Shown piece by piece: positions 9,764 through 21,106 of a stretch of DNA of 32,000 nucleotides. The translations under genes and the position numbers were made by a program. The stretch is from a cyanobacterium endosymbiont of Braarudosphaera bigelowii (lineage in GTDB: Bacteria > Cyanobacteriota > Cyanobacteriia > Cyanobacteriales > Microcystaceae). The stretch lies in assembly GCF_020885515.1 (NCBI RefSeq), contig NZ_AP024987.1, positions 810,001-842,000 on the forward strand, in the 5' to 3' direction. The notes under the pieces were generated by a model. The model saw nothing but the letters and a program-made list of their open reading frames with translations. It had not been told where the DNA came from and searched no databases. Numbering within the stretch: the stretch's first letter is position 1; each line of letters starts with the position of its first letter.

Positions 9764-10266
9764 TTGAATTACAATAAATGGACATAAAAACCTATATAGA
9801 AAATTGATTGTTTTTGGTCAATATCTTAGTTTAATAGATTGAATAGATTCGAGTAATTAATTTTTATAAAAGCATAATATAATCGAGTTAAATTTATACT
9901 AGAAAGTAAGTTATTGGATGAATAATATTTAATGATTATTTAAATAAAAACACTATATATATTATTTGACTTTGCTAAAGTATTCCGTTTTTCTAAAAAT
10001 TGTTTAGTTATAAAGCTTACTTGCTTAATTTAAGGCCGTTACTTACAAATAAAAAATTATTATTATTACATTATAAATTATTAATAATTAATGATATAAA
10101 CAGTACGATAATGTATAGAATAAATTTGTAGATGTTATCAGTTCCAATCGTAATAAATTTTTTAATTTGGATTGAAAAATGTTCGGATATCCTCACCTTT
10201 AGGGTCTAGACTCCCACACTCTTTTTACTATGTAAAAAAAACTTTTTTAATCTCCTGCTTTAAGCA

Positions 10267-10293
10267 TTAGCACTCACACCATAAGAGTGCTAA
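10267..10293. promoter_or_regulatory. CIRCE element (HrcA operator)
   Basis: TTAGCACTC-acaccataa-GAGTGCTAA: an exact 9-9-9 inverted repeat, 130 bp upstream of the groEL start. Confidence 0.97.
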
Positions 10294-10413
10294 ATTAACA
10301 CTAATGGAAAAACTAAAATTATAAATTACTATTATAAATATTATCTATAGTAGTAAGTTAACTAGTCTTTGACCATTATATAAAAACATCAAAGTTAGGA
10401 TTCATAGGAGTAA

Positions 10414-12135
<1,722 letters not shown>

Positions 12136-12179
12136 TGTCGTATTATTTTTGAAATATCTTTTATTTAGAATTGTTTAAA

Positions 12180-12220
12180 TTTTAAGGGCTTTATTTTAAT
12201 AAAAAATAAAGCCCTTAAAA
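12180..12220. terminator. Hairpin between convergent groEL and the 12335 gene; probable bidirectional terminator
   Basis: ttttaagggctttatttt (12180-12197), loop aataa, aaaataaagcccttaaaa (12203-12220): a perfect 18-bp stem with T-rich/A-rich edges. Confidence 0.8.
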
Positions 12221-12334
12221 ATTTCGTTATGGATAGTAAAACTGCTGTTGAGATGAGTTACATACAGGTATTAATTTTTAGGAAGTATTCTAGTAAAGGC
12301 TAATTAATTATCAATATATTAAATTTCATCTCTT

Positions 12335-13216
12335 TTACATTTTATTGACTAGATCGTCTTTTAAAAGCCAGAATCCACTAAAAAACTCTACATTAGGATT
12401 AGGCTGAATGGCGAGAAAATGTATTCCTTTTGAATTCTCTTTCTTTTTTTGAAAGTTTTGAGCTTTTTGGATTAGCTGAATATTTTTCAAAATAGTTAAT
12501 GTTGATCTATCATTTAATCCTGTCTCTAGATAGAGGATCGAGTTATTTTTTTTATCAAATCTTAGGGAAACTAACTCAAAAGCAGATAACCAGGCTGCCA
12601 TTGGAAGAGCTCTTGAAGAAAAGAAAATTAAACCAGGGACTGTAGTCTGTGGAGTTAGATTATATGGCGAAATTGCATAATTTTCTCCAAAATTAATATT
12701 CCATTCATGTATATGATTAAAATCAGAAACTTTTAAGTCAACAAATAAATATTGATTAAATTGATTATCTTTTAAAGTATCAGGCAAAGAGACTATATTA
12801 GAATCGTTGTTAGTTACACATGTTGTAGAAACTTTATTTTTATTTTGGCTTTTTATAGACTGAAATTTTTTTTCTCGCCTATCTATCCAGTAATTAAGAG
12901 CAAATGTTCTACGGCTTGGGATAGCCTCAATTTTTGCATCTGTACAAGCCTTCACGATCATATTATGCATTTGGTGACGAAAGAAACGAATTAAATCTGG
13001 ACTTTCTCCAGCTTTTTCTATTGCTTTTTCAATAGCCTGACGTAACCAAATAGAATTAACTGTATTTGAAGGGCACAACTGGGAAAATTTAAAACAACTA
13101 TTAAATGATTTATCAAAATTTGTAGGAGTCTTGCAAATTAAGACCTCCCATAGTTTTTTATTGTTATCAAAGAAATTTGGACGTGAATAAAAATCTAATT
13201 CCCATACCTTTTTCAT
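12335..13216 (-). CDS. Tab2/Atab2-like (DUF1092-type) RNA-binding protein family member
   Basis: KVWELDFYSRP...KLWEVLIC, VNSIWLRQAIEKA, IRFFRHQMHNMIVKAC, PSRRTFALNYWIDRRE, APLPMAAWLSAFE-like segment (SSRALPMAAWLSAFEL), matching the remembered family consensus. Confidence 0.8.
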   Translation of the reverse strand: MKKVWELDFYSRPNFFDNNKKLWEVLICKTPTNFDKSFNSCFKFSQLCPSNTVNSIWLRQAIEKAIEKAGESPDLIRFFRHQMHNMIVKACTDAKIEAIPSRRTFALNYWIDRREKKFQSIKSQNKNKVSTTCVTNNDSNIVSLPDTLKDNQFNQYLFVDLKVSDFNHIHEWNINFGENYAISPYNLTPQTTVPGLIFFSSRALPMAAWLSAFELVSLRFDKKNNSILYLETGLNDRSTLTILKNIQLIQKAQNFQKKKENSKGIHFLAIQPNPNVEFFSGFWLLKDDLVNKM

Positions 13217-13233
13217 AATTCCCCTTTAAGTTC

Positions 13234-14232
13234 TTAACTAATAACTTCACGTACTCTATAAATTGGACGTTTTTGTGACTCATGATAAGTACGCATTACT
13301 AATTCTGCCAATAGACCAAAGCTCAATAGTTGTACTCCGGTTAAAATTAATAGTACAGATAAAATTAATAGAGGCCGTACTCCAATGTCTTGTCCTAAAA
13401 TTTTAATAATTGATAAATAAATGCTACTAGATAGACCTAAAGTCATTAATGTTAGGCCCAAGCAACCAAAAATATGCATTGGACGAGTTAAAAATTTTTT
13501 TATAAAAAGAATAGTGAACAAATCCATAATAACGGGAAATGTTCTTCCCAGTCCATATTTACTTACACCAAAACGACGAGGGTTATGATTCACAGCTAAT
13601 TCTGTTATTCTAGCTCCTTCTATATAAGCTAAAGCTGGTATAAAACGATGTAATTCTCCATATAAATTCATATCTGCTACTAATTCTGAGCGATAAGCTT
13701 TTAATGAACAGCCATAATCATGAAGGCTTACGCCTGTTAATTTAGCAATAATTATGTTGGCAATTTTTGAAGGGAGAAGACGAGTGAAAGTGTTATCTTG
13801 ACGATTATTACGCCAACCACTAACTAAATCATAACCTTCGTTTAGTTTGTTGATAAGACGAGGGATATCTGCCGGATCATTTTGTAGATCACCATCTAAG
13901 CTAATAATAATATTACCTTCAGCATTTTTAAATCCTGCTGCCATAGCGGGTGTTTGGCCATAATTGCGTCGTAAAATAATAGCCTTTAAGTCTTTTCTCT
14001 TTTTTGCAAGCTGTCTTAAAATATCTGTAGAGCCATCTTCAGAACCATCATCAATACAAATAATTTCATAGGAATATTTATCAATTAGAGAATTAGAAAT
14101 ATTGTTTATCAAAGTCTCTAATGTATCTTTTTCATTAAAAATTGGGATAACTACTGATACAGTCACAGAATTCTGGGATGAGTTAAATATTATAGGTTCC
14201 ATTTTTACATTAGTATCTTTTATCTTACTCAT
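13234..14232 (-). CDS. GT2-family glycosyltransferase with two C-terminal TM segments (DPM1/GtrB-like)
   Basis: VVIPIFNEKDTLETLINNIS, CIDDGSEDGS, ISLDGDLQNDPADIPRLI. The tracked start at 14286 is probably too far upstream. Met at 14232 gives an 8-bp overlap with the preceding gene. Confidence 0.88.
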   Translation of the reverse strand: MSKIKDTNVKMEPIIFNSSQNSVTVSVVIPIFNEKDTLETLINNISNSLIDKYSYEIICIDDGSEDGSTDILRQLAKKRKDLKAIILRRNYGQTPAMAAGFKNAEGNIIISLDGDLQNDPADIPRLINKLNEGYDLVSGWRNNRQDNTFTRLLPSKIANIIIAKLTGVSLHDYGCSLKAYRSELVADMNLYGELHRFIPALAYIEGARITELAVNHNPRRFGVSKYGLGRTFPVIMDLFTILFIKKFLTRPMHIFGCLGLTLMTLGLSSSIYLSIIKILGQDIGVRPLLILSVLLILTGVQLLSFGLLAELVMRTYHESQKRPIYRVREVIS

Positions 14233-15196
14233 AACTAATTTCTGAGTGAGATAAGTATGCCATTCGCTTAACTTCCAATCGGCCACGAGCTACAGAATCA
14301 AGAATTAAACCACACGTAAAACTAAGAAAAGCAAGTAACATAATAGCAACAGTGAGAATAGCTGTTGGTAATCTAGGAACTAAACCTGTACTTAGATAAG
14401 TCGTAATTAAAGGAAATCCAATCATAACTGATAATATTCCCAATAGAGAAGAGATAATACTAAAAAACAAAAAAGGCTTTACTTCTTTAAAAAGCAATAT
14501 AGCTGTTCCTAGAACTCTCCATCCATCAGTAAGTGTTTTTAATTTGCTTTCTGAACCAGGAGGTCTTGAACCGTAAGCAGTATATTCTTCTGCAAAAGGA
14601 ATTTTTAACTCTAGTGTATGAATTGTAAGTTCAGTTTCAATTTCAAAGCCAGATGAAAAAGCTGGAAATGATTTAACAAATCTACGAGAAAATATACGAT
14701 ATCCTGAAAGCATGTCTTTAACTTTTGCACCAAATAGAAATTCAACAACTCCAGTAAGAAAAATATTTCCACTACGATGCCCTAATCGATAAACTTGTTT
14801 ATTAGTAATTGTAGAACGACGAGCTCCAACAATCATATCAAGTTTTTCAGAGATTAATTTTGATATTAGAAATGATATTGCTTCTACCTCATATGTATTA
14901 TCTCCGTCTACCAAAATATATAAATCCGCATCAATATCAGCAAACATTCGTCGAACAACATTACCTTTACCTGGCTGAGATTCATATCGAACTATAGCAC
15001 CAGCTTTTTTGGCTTGGATTACAGTATCATCGGTAGAAAGATTATCATAAACATAAATCTTAGCGTTTGGTAACTCTTTACGAAATTGATTTACTACATT
15101 ACCAATAGTTAAACTCTCATTTTTACAAGGAATCAACACTGCTAAACGATTACAGCAATGAGTAATGTTTGTAAATAAAGGTTGATGCTTTGACAT
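14225..15196 (-). CDS. GT2-family glycosyltransferase
   Basis: AVLIPCKNESLTIGNVVNQF, VYDNLSTDDT, LVDGDNTYEVEAIS, and C-terminal TM helices. Confidence 0.88.
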   Translation of the reverse strand: MSKHQPLFTNITHCCNRLAVLIPCKNESLTIGNVVNQFRKELPNAKIYVYDNLSTDDTVIQAKKAGAIVRYESQPGKGNVVRRMFADIDADLYILVDGDNTYEVEAISFLISKLISEKLDMIVGARRSTITNKQVYRLGHRSGNIFLTGVVEFLFGAKVKDMLSGYRIFSRRFVKSFPAFSSGFEIETELTIHTLELKIPFAEEYTAYGSRPPGSESKLKTLTDGWRVLGTAILLFKEVKPFLFFSIISSLLGILSVMIGFPLITTYLSTGLVPRLPTAILTVAIMLLAFLSFTCGLILDSVARGRLEVKRMAYLSHSEISYE

Positions 15197-15467
15197 TTGT
15201 TATACGTATGTTTAGATATTATTTAACTGACTTTTGTCATTATTCAAAGTTCCATTACACTGTAAATGATTAAGTTTTGAAATACTTTTTTTAACTATAG
15301 TCAAAATTTAAAAAATACAGATTTCTTTTTTTTAGACTTAACTAATAATTCAAATATATTAATTAACTTAATTTTTGAAAAATATTTTTTATCAAGTTCT
15401 GTTCATAAAATTTTTATAAAATTTCTTTTCTACAAATTACTTTATTTTGACTTGTATGTTTTTTTAA

Positions 15468-16115
15468 TTAATTTTTTATTTTTAGGTTTTTACTAATTTG
15501 TTTAAAAATATCACGGCGAAGATAAGGATACTTACCCACCCATAAATTATGTCTAGGTAGATAAACATCTGTTACTTTAGTAATACGGCTTAAGTTCGGA
15601 ACTTTGGAAATAACTAACATTTCTGCAGACTCACCAGGTTTAATAACTTGCAAAAGACGATCAACAGGCATTTTGACTATTGCTGCAAAACCTTTATCAT
15701 CTCCGACTTCAATATTGATCAATCGTTTTTTGTTTTCAATAACAATTAATTCTCCAAACTTATTGACAGTTTGCTCCTCTCTGATAAGCTCCTCAGTAAT
15801 AAAAACATCTAATACTTTTCCGCTCCAAAAACCACAATATGGATAAATACGATAACTTCTATTTTTAATAGAAGCCCATAAAATAGGTGCCCATAGCCAG
15901 TAAGATCCAGAAATGATATAGAAAACAAACTTTATAGTTAGCCACTCTGAGCCAAATAAATTTCCTAATACCCAAGTTATTATCAATATAATTAAAGAAA
16001 TAAAGGATCTTTGTAATAAATCACGCCACTTTCCCCAATAAAATGAATATTGGGTTCCAGTAGCGACAAGAGGAATTAGTTGTTCAAAGGCTTCACGAGT
16101 TAAAGGAACTAACAT
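15468..16115 (-). CDS. Conserved cyanobacterial-type membrane protein of unknown function
   Basis: Intact 215-aa ORF with two hydrophobic segments (FISLIILIITWVLGNLFG; FVFYIISGSYWLWAPILWA) and a soluble C-terminal domain. Confidence 0.7.
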   Translation of the reverse strand: MLVPLTREAFEQLIPLVATGTQYSFYWGKWRDLLQRSFISLIILIITWVLGNLFGSEWLTIKFVFYIISGSYWLWAPILWASIKNRSYRIYPYCGFWSGKVLDVFITEELIREEQTVNKFGELIVIENKKRLINIEVGDDKGFAAIVKMPVDRLLQVIKPGESAEMLVISKVPNLSRITKVTDVYLPRHNLWVGKYPYLRRDIFKQISKNLKIKN

Positions 16116-16251
16116 AAGTCACTATTAATAATTATTTTGGATTTATTTTTTAAATTAATATTTAATTCATATTTCAATATATACAAAAACATATAGGAAT
16201 AATATATTAATTCAGTATCAGAAACAGAATCTATAATATAAAATTCATTGT

Positions 16252-17076
16252 TTATTTATCTTTTAAAGGATATAAATAATTACTTAGTTCTATCCATTGA
16301 TTTATACTAAGATTCTCTGCTCTTATTTTGAGATCAAGATTTGTTTTTTCCAGAAATTCAATCAGGTATTTGATATCTATTGTATTTTTCAAATTATTAT
16401 GTAACATCTTGCGGCGATTAGAAAAACCTAAGTTAATTAAACTTTCTAAATATGATGGATTTAAAACAGAACTATTTAGAGTGTGAGGGTGAAGAGTAAT
16501 AATAGCAGAATCTACCTTTGGAATAGGATAAAATGCCTTACAAGAAACATCACAAATATAATTGCAGCGAGCTAAATATTGTATTTTTGCTGATAGTGCC
16601 CCATATGCTTTATCACCAGGTGAAGCAGTAATTCTTTTTGCAACTTCTTTTTGAACTAATAAAACTATTATTTCATAAGGAGAATGATAAGGATTAGGAA
16701 TACTACCTAACAATTTTTCTAAAATAGGATTAGTGATGTTATAAGGAATATTTGCAACTACTTTATTGATAGGCCAGAAAAGATTGTTCTTACTGATTTC
16801 TACAGATAAATCTATTTTAAGAATATCTCTTTGTAACAATAGTAAATTGTCATAATTATGGAATTTTTTTATTAATTGTTTATATAAGTCCCAATCTACT
16901 TCGACTGCGGTAAGAGAAGAAACTTGGGATAAAAGACGACGGGTTAAGATACCTGTTCCTGGACCAATTTCTAAAACTTTATCAATATTACTAAGATGAG
17001 CAGATTCTATAATCTTATTTAAAATTGCATTATCTTTTAGCCAATGTTGTCCAAATCGTTTACGAGGATAAATCAT
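16252..17076 (-). CDS. rsmA: 16S rRNA (adenine1518-N6/adenine1519-N6)-dimethyltransferase RsmA/KsgA
   Basis: PRKRFGQHWLKD, VLEIGPGTGILTRRLL, VVANIPYNITNPIL, FYPIPKVDSAII. Confidence 0.97.
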   Translation of the reverse strand: MIYPRKRFGQHWLKDNAILNKIIESAHLSNIDKVLEIGPGTGILTRRLLSQVSSLTAVEVDWDLYKQLIKKFHNYDNLLLLQRDILKIDLSVEISKNNLFWPINKVVANIPYNITNPILEKLLGSIPNPYHSPYEIIVLLVQKEVAKRITASPGDKAYGALSAKIQYLARCNYICDVSCKAFYPIPKVDSAIITLHPHTLNSSVLNPSYLESLINLGFSNRRKMLHNNLKNTIDIKYLIEFLEKTNLDLKIRAENLSINQWIELSNYLYPLKDK

Positions 17077-17982
17077 TACAAACTTATACTAATTTACTAA
17101 ATGATAAAAAATAGAGTTAAAACTTATAAGATATTACTGTGCATACCAATTAATATATCAGCTAGAATAATTCGTTTTATTCACTAACTAAAATAGTAGA
17201 CAAAATATTTCTTTATTGAATTACTAATAACTGAAAAACAAATATTCAAGATATTAATTTTAAATAAATTCTGTTCTTCAAGTAATCAAAACTACTTTTT
17301 TGTTGTAAAGTAATAGTACTACTTTTTGAAAATTGTATAAAAATATTTCGATCTAAAACTGTTACCTTTTTATTTAATATATTATATTAGATGATTTATA
17401 GTAACGATGACTAATTTGTATTTAAAAGAAAAAAATTATCTGTAATCCATTTTAATAAATAATTTATTTAACGTTTTACTTTCTTCTTTATAAAAAAATA
17501 ACTATAAATAGTTTATTTATAGTTATTTTTTTATACTTAGTTTATAATCATTTTACATATCTTGAAATTTAGGGAAAATATTAGTTGTTTTGTATAAACA
17601 ACTAGAGATACTTTGTATCAGTAATCTTATTTATACATCTTAATTATTTATTGTATAGATTATATAACATTATGTTAAATACTGTGTCAGTGTATTTTAG
17701 TATTTAAACCTAGTGGAACAACTATTTAAAGTTCTACGTCCTTCTCAGGACTATTTACACTATAAGCTATAGTATGGGCTTGATTTTCATTACTTCTATA
17801 ATAATTAGATAACATGATATTTTAAAGATAATTTATATAAAAACTCGATATAAATTATCAATCAGAAATTAGTACTTCTTATGAATTAATCTAAAGTTTT
17901 TTACTTTTTAAAATGGCTTTTTAACAAAGTTTTGAAGTAGAGATCTATTTGTGTAAAAACACCAAACAATGAGGAATAAATT

Positions 17983-19131
17983 ATGCAAAATAAAAGTATG
18001 TTGATGATTCCAGGTCCAACCCCTGTACCTGAAAGTGTTCTCTTGGCAATGGCTCAGCACCCTGTTGGACATCGCGGTCAAGACTTTAATCAAATCGTTA
18101 GTGAAGTTTCTCAAAATTTAAAATGGCTTCACCAGACTAAGGAAGATGTACTCATATTGACAGCTAGTGGTACAGGAGCTATGGAAGCAGCAATTATTAA
18201 TTTTCTAAGCTTCGGTGACTCTATTTTGATAGGTAATAACGGAAAATTTGGAGAACGTTGGGTAAATACTGCTCATGCTTTTGGATTAAAAGTTGATGAA
18301 ATAACCGCTGAATGGGGTAAACCTTTAAATCCCGAAATATTCAAAACTAAACTTGTTAATGATAAAGATAAAAAAATTAAAGCTGTTATTGTCACTCATT
18401 CTGAAACTTCTACAGGGGTTTTTAACGATCTAGAAACTATTAATAAATACACCAAAGCTCATGGAAAAGCTCTCATCATAGTTGATGCTGTTACAAGTTT
18501 AGGAACTACTGATCTTCCTATTGATGAATGGGGATTAGATGTTGTAGCTTCTGGATCTCAAAAAGGATATATGATTCCTCCAGGGCTAGGCTTTGTATCG
18601 GTAAGTCAAAAAGCGTGGAAAGTTTATCAAAATTCTAATTTACCTAAATTTTATTTAGATCTTGGAGCATATAAAAAAGCAATTAATAAAAATTCTTTTC
18701 CCTTTACACCTCCAGTAAATTTAATTTATGGATTACAAATTGCTCTAAAAATGATGAAAGCAGAAGGGCTAACTCAAATGTTTACTCGACATGAAAAATT
18801 AGCTAGGGCGACTCGAGCTGGAATAAGAGCATTAGGTTTAGATTTATTAGCTGCTGATGAATCAGCAAGTCATGCAATAACAACTGTTTCTTCATCTAAA
18901 ATTGATATAACAAGTATATGTCGCATTATGGAGGAAAAATTCGATATAGTCTTAGCAGCAGGACAAGATCATATGAAAGGAAAAATTTTTCGTATAGGTC
19001 ATTTAGGATTTGTTTGTGAGCGAGATATATTAACCACTATTACATGTTTAGAAACAACCTTACAATTGTTAGGTGATACTAATATAGTTCCAGGAAAAGC
19101 TGTATCCGAAGCTTTAAAATTTTTACTATAG
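17983..19131 (+). CDS. Class V aminotransferase (alanine/serine-glyoxylate aminotransferase-like)
   Basis: MLMIPGPTPVPESVLLAM, HRGQDF, LTASGTGAMEAAI, VTHSETSTGV, VDAVTSLG, SGSQKGYMIPPGLGFV (PLP-Lys region). Confidence 0.92.
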   Translation: MQNKSMLMIPGPTPVPESVLLAMAQHPVGHRGQDFNQIVSEVSQNLKWLHQTKEDVLILTASGTGAMEAAIINFLSFGDSILIGNNGKFGERWVNTAHAFGLKVDEITAEWGKPLNPEIFKTKLVNDKDKKIKAVIVTHSETSTGVFNDLETINKYTKAHGKALIIVDAVTSLGTTDLPIDEWGLDVVASGSQKGYMIPPGLGFVSVSQKAWKVYQNSNLPKFYLDLGAYKKAINKNSFPFTPPVNLIYGLQIALKMMKAEGLTQMFTRHEKLARATRAGIRALGLDLLAADESASHAITTVSSSKIDITSICRIMEEKFDIVLAAGQDHMKGKIFRIGHLGFVCERDILTTITCLETTLQLLGDTNIVPGKAVSEALKFLL

Positions 19132-19173
19132 CTTACATAATTTAATAAAAAATAAATGAATTATATTGTTATT

Positions 19174-19206
19174 CTCAATTAATAAAGAGTAAATCTATTA
19201 ATTGAG
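19174..19206 (+). terminator. Hairpin 43 bp after the aminotransferase stop, possible terminator
   Basis: ctcaattaata (19174-19184), 11-nt loop, tattaattgag (19196-19206): a perfect 11-bp stem. No strong T-run follows. Confidence 0.4.
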
Positions 19207-19584
19207 CTAATATATAGGACAATAATCATAATTGCTGGAAATTAAAAAAATAAACCTTTCTTTTAGAATGAGTTTAATTATCCTTATTGTCAGGTTATTA
19301 GATTAATATAATAAAAAGTAAGATGGTATAAAGTTAATTAATTTTGACTTCGATTAAATTTTAAATAACTGTTTGTGAAATCGTTTCCTCCTTCTATTTT
19401 TTAAAGAAAGTTATTCAAAGAAATATTCTATAAATGACGCTAGTACAATTTAACTTATAAGAAATGATTTTAATACTTTATGAATTCCAAAAATGTATAG
19501 TATTAAAATTTTGTTATGAGATATAAATTGATTAATATAACTGATGATCTAATAAACTACTAACTTTATTTAACCTTAAACATT

Positions 19585-20628
19585 ATGAAATTTGAAAAAA
19601 TTGTTAGCAAGCTAGATTTTTTAAGTAATGGAAATAGCTTAACAAGTAATAAAGATTCTAATCTTGAAATTATAGGAGTGTCATCTATTACTGAAGCAAA
19701 AATTGGATACTTAAGTTATATAGAAGGTCCAAAATTTGCTTCTATGATTAGTAAAACTTCTGCAAGTGCTCTAATTCTTCCACCTGATAAACAGTTACAG
19801 GAAGAAGCTACTAAAAGAGGAATAGTATGGCTAACAACATTTGAAACACGTTTAGCTTTTGCTCATGCTATTAAGTTGTTCTATCAGCCATTCCGTCCAT
19901 CTCCAGGTATAGATCCTACTGCAATAATTCATTCTTCAGCCAAAATTGGAAAAAATGTTTTTATTGGTCCTCATACTATTATTCAGCAAGATGTTGTTAT
20001 TGAAGATGAGGTTTGTATTCAAGGAAATGTGGTAGTTTATCCTGAGGTTATTGTCGGAGATAATACCTTGCTACATGCTAATTGTACTATTCATGAACGT
20101 ACTAGAATTGGAAATAATTGTGTTATTCATAGTGGTGCTGTTGTTGGTGCTGAAGGTTTTGGATTTGTTCCTACAGCTGAAGGTTGGTTCAAAATGGAAC
20201 AATCTGGCTTTGTCATCCTAGGAAATAATGTAGAGATTGGATGTAATAGTGCAATAGACCGTCCTGCTGTCGGAACAACGCATATTGGGAATAATACTAA
20301 AATAGATAATCTAGTTCATATAGCTCATAATTGCAACATTGGAGAAAATTGTGCTTTTGCGGCACAAGTAGGATTAGCAGGAGGCGTAAAAGTAGGAAAA
20401 AGAGTTATTCTTGCAGGGCAGGTAGGAGTAGCAAATCAAGTTAGCATAGGCGATGGAGCTATTGCAACTGCACAAACTGGTATCCCTAGTAATATTAACT
20501 CAGGAGAAGTTGTATCTAGTAGTCCAGCAATAGATAATAAGTTATATTTAAAAATATCTGCCATATATAAACGTCTTCCTGACATGTATAAGACATTAAA
20601 AAATATTCAGAAAAAAATAGAAAATTAA
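19585..20628 (+). CDS. lpxD: UDP-3-O-acylglucosamine N-acyltransferase
   Basis: Left-handed beta-helix hexapeptide repeats (IGKNVFIGPHTIIQQDVVIEDEV..., HSGAVVGAEGFGFVPTAEGW, VEIGCNSAIDRPAVGTTHIGNNTKIDNLVHIAHNCNIG). Confidence 0.96.
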   Translation: MKFEKIVSKLDFLSNGNSLTSNKDSNLEIIGVSSITEAKIGYLSYIEGPKFASMISKTSASALILPPDKQLQEEATKRGIVWLTTFETRLAFAHAIKLFYQPFRPSPGIDPTAIIHSSAKIGKNVFIGPHTIIQQDVVIEDEVCIQGNVVVYPEVIVGDNTLLHANCTIHERTRIGNNCVIHSGAVVGAEGFGFVPTAEGWFKMEQSGFVILGNNVEIGCNSAIDRPAVGTTHIGNNTKIDNLVHIAHNCNIGENCAFAAQVGLAGGVKVGKRVILAGQVGVANQVSIGDGAIATAQTGIPSNINSGEVVSSSPAIDNKLYLKISAIYKRLPDMYKTLKNIQKKIEN

Positions 20629-21022
20629 AAATGGTATGCTTCTACGCTACTCTGTAGACAGATGAATTACTACATATACTGATTAGTGTAAAAAAATATT
20701 ATATTTTTATATTTACATTTCTAGCTAATTTGTTTATAAATTTGTAGAAACAATTATTAAATAATATTATAAAATTTAGTATTAATCGAAAAAGGTTAAT
20801 TAAATTATTTTTTAATTGTTATCAATATTGAGTATATATTTTCTTATGTGTAAATAAAAAATATTCTTGAAACTTTATTCTTGCATATATAAAATAAAAT
20901 TTATATGAAAAACCATTATCTTTGCCTGAAAACTAAGCACAACTTTTCAAAAAATATCAAGACGATTAATTTCCTAAAATATAGTTAATTGATTGTCTAT
21001 AATGTTTTTTGATATAAAAATG

Positions 21023-21052
21023 TTTTGAAGTATTAAGTTTAATACTTCAAAA
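21023..21052. promoter_or_regulatory. Hairpin upstream of gatB
   Basis: ttttgaagtatta-agtt-taatacttcaaaa: a perfect 13-bp stem ending 54 bp before the gatB start codon. Confidence 0.45.
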
Positions 21053-21106
21053 TTATTGATACAATAAAATTTCTAGGTATTTAATTATCAAATTAACTTT
21101 TTTATA

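Noticed and set aside
15604-15846. ORF 15604..15846 (+)
   Set aside because: Antisense to an intact 215-aa membrane protein gene.
17908-18114. ORF 17908..18114 (-)
   Set aside because: Overlaps the start of the aminotransferase antisense; composition not protein-like.
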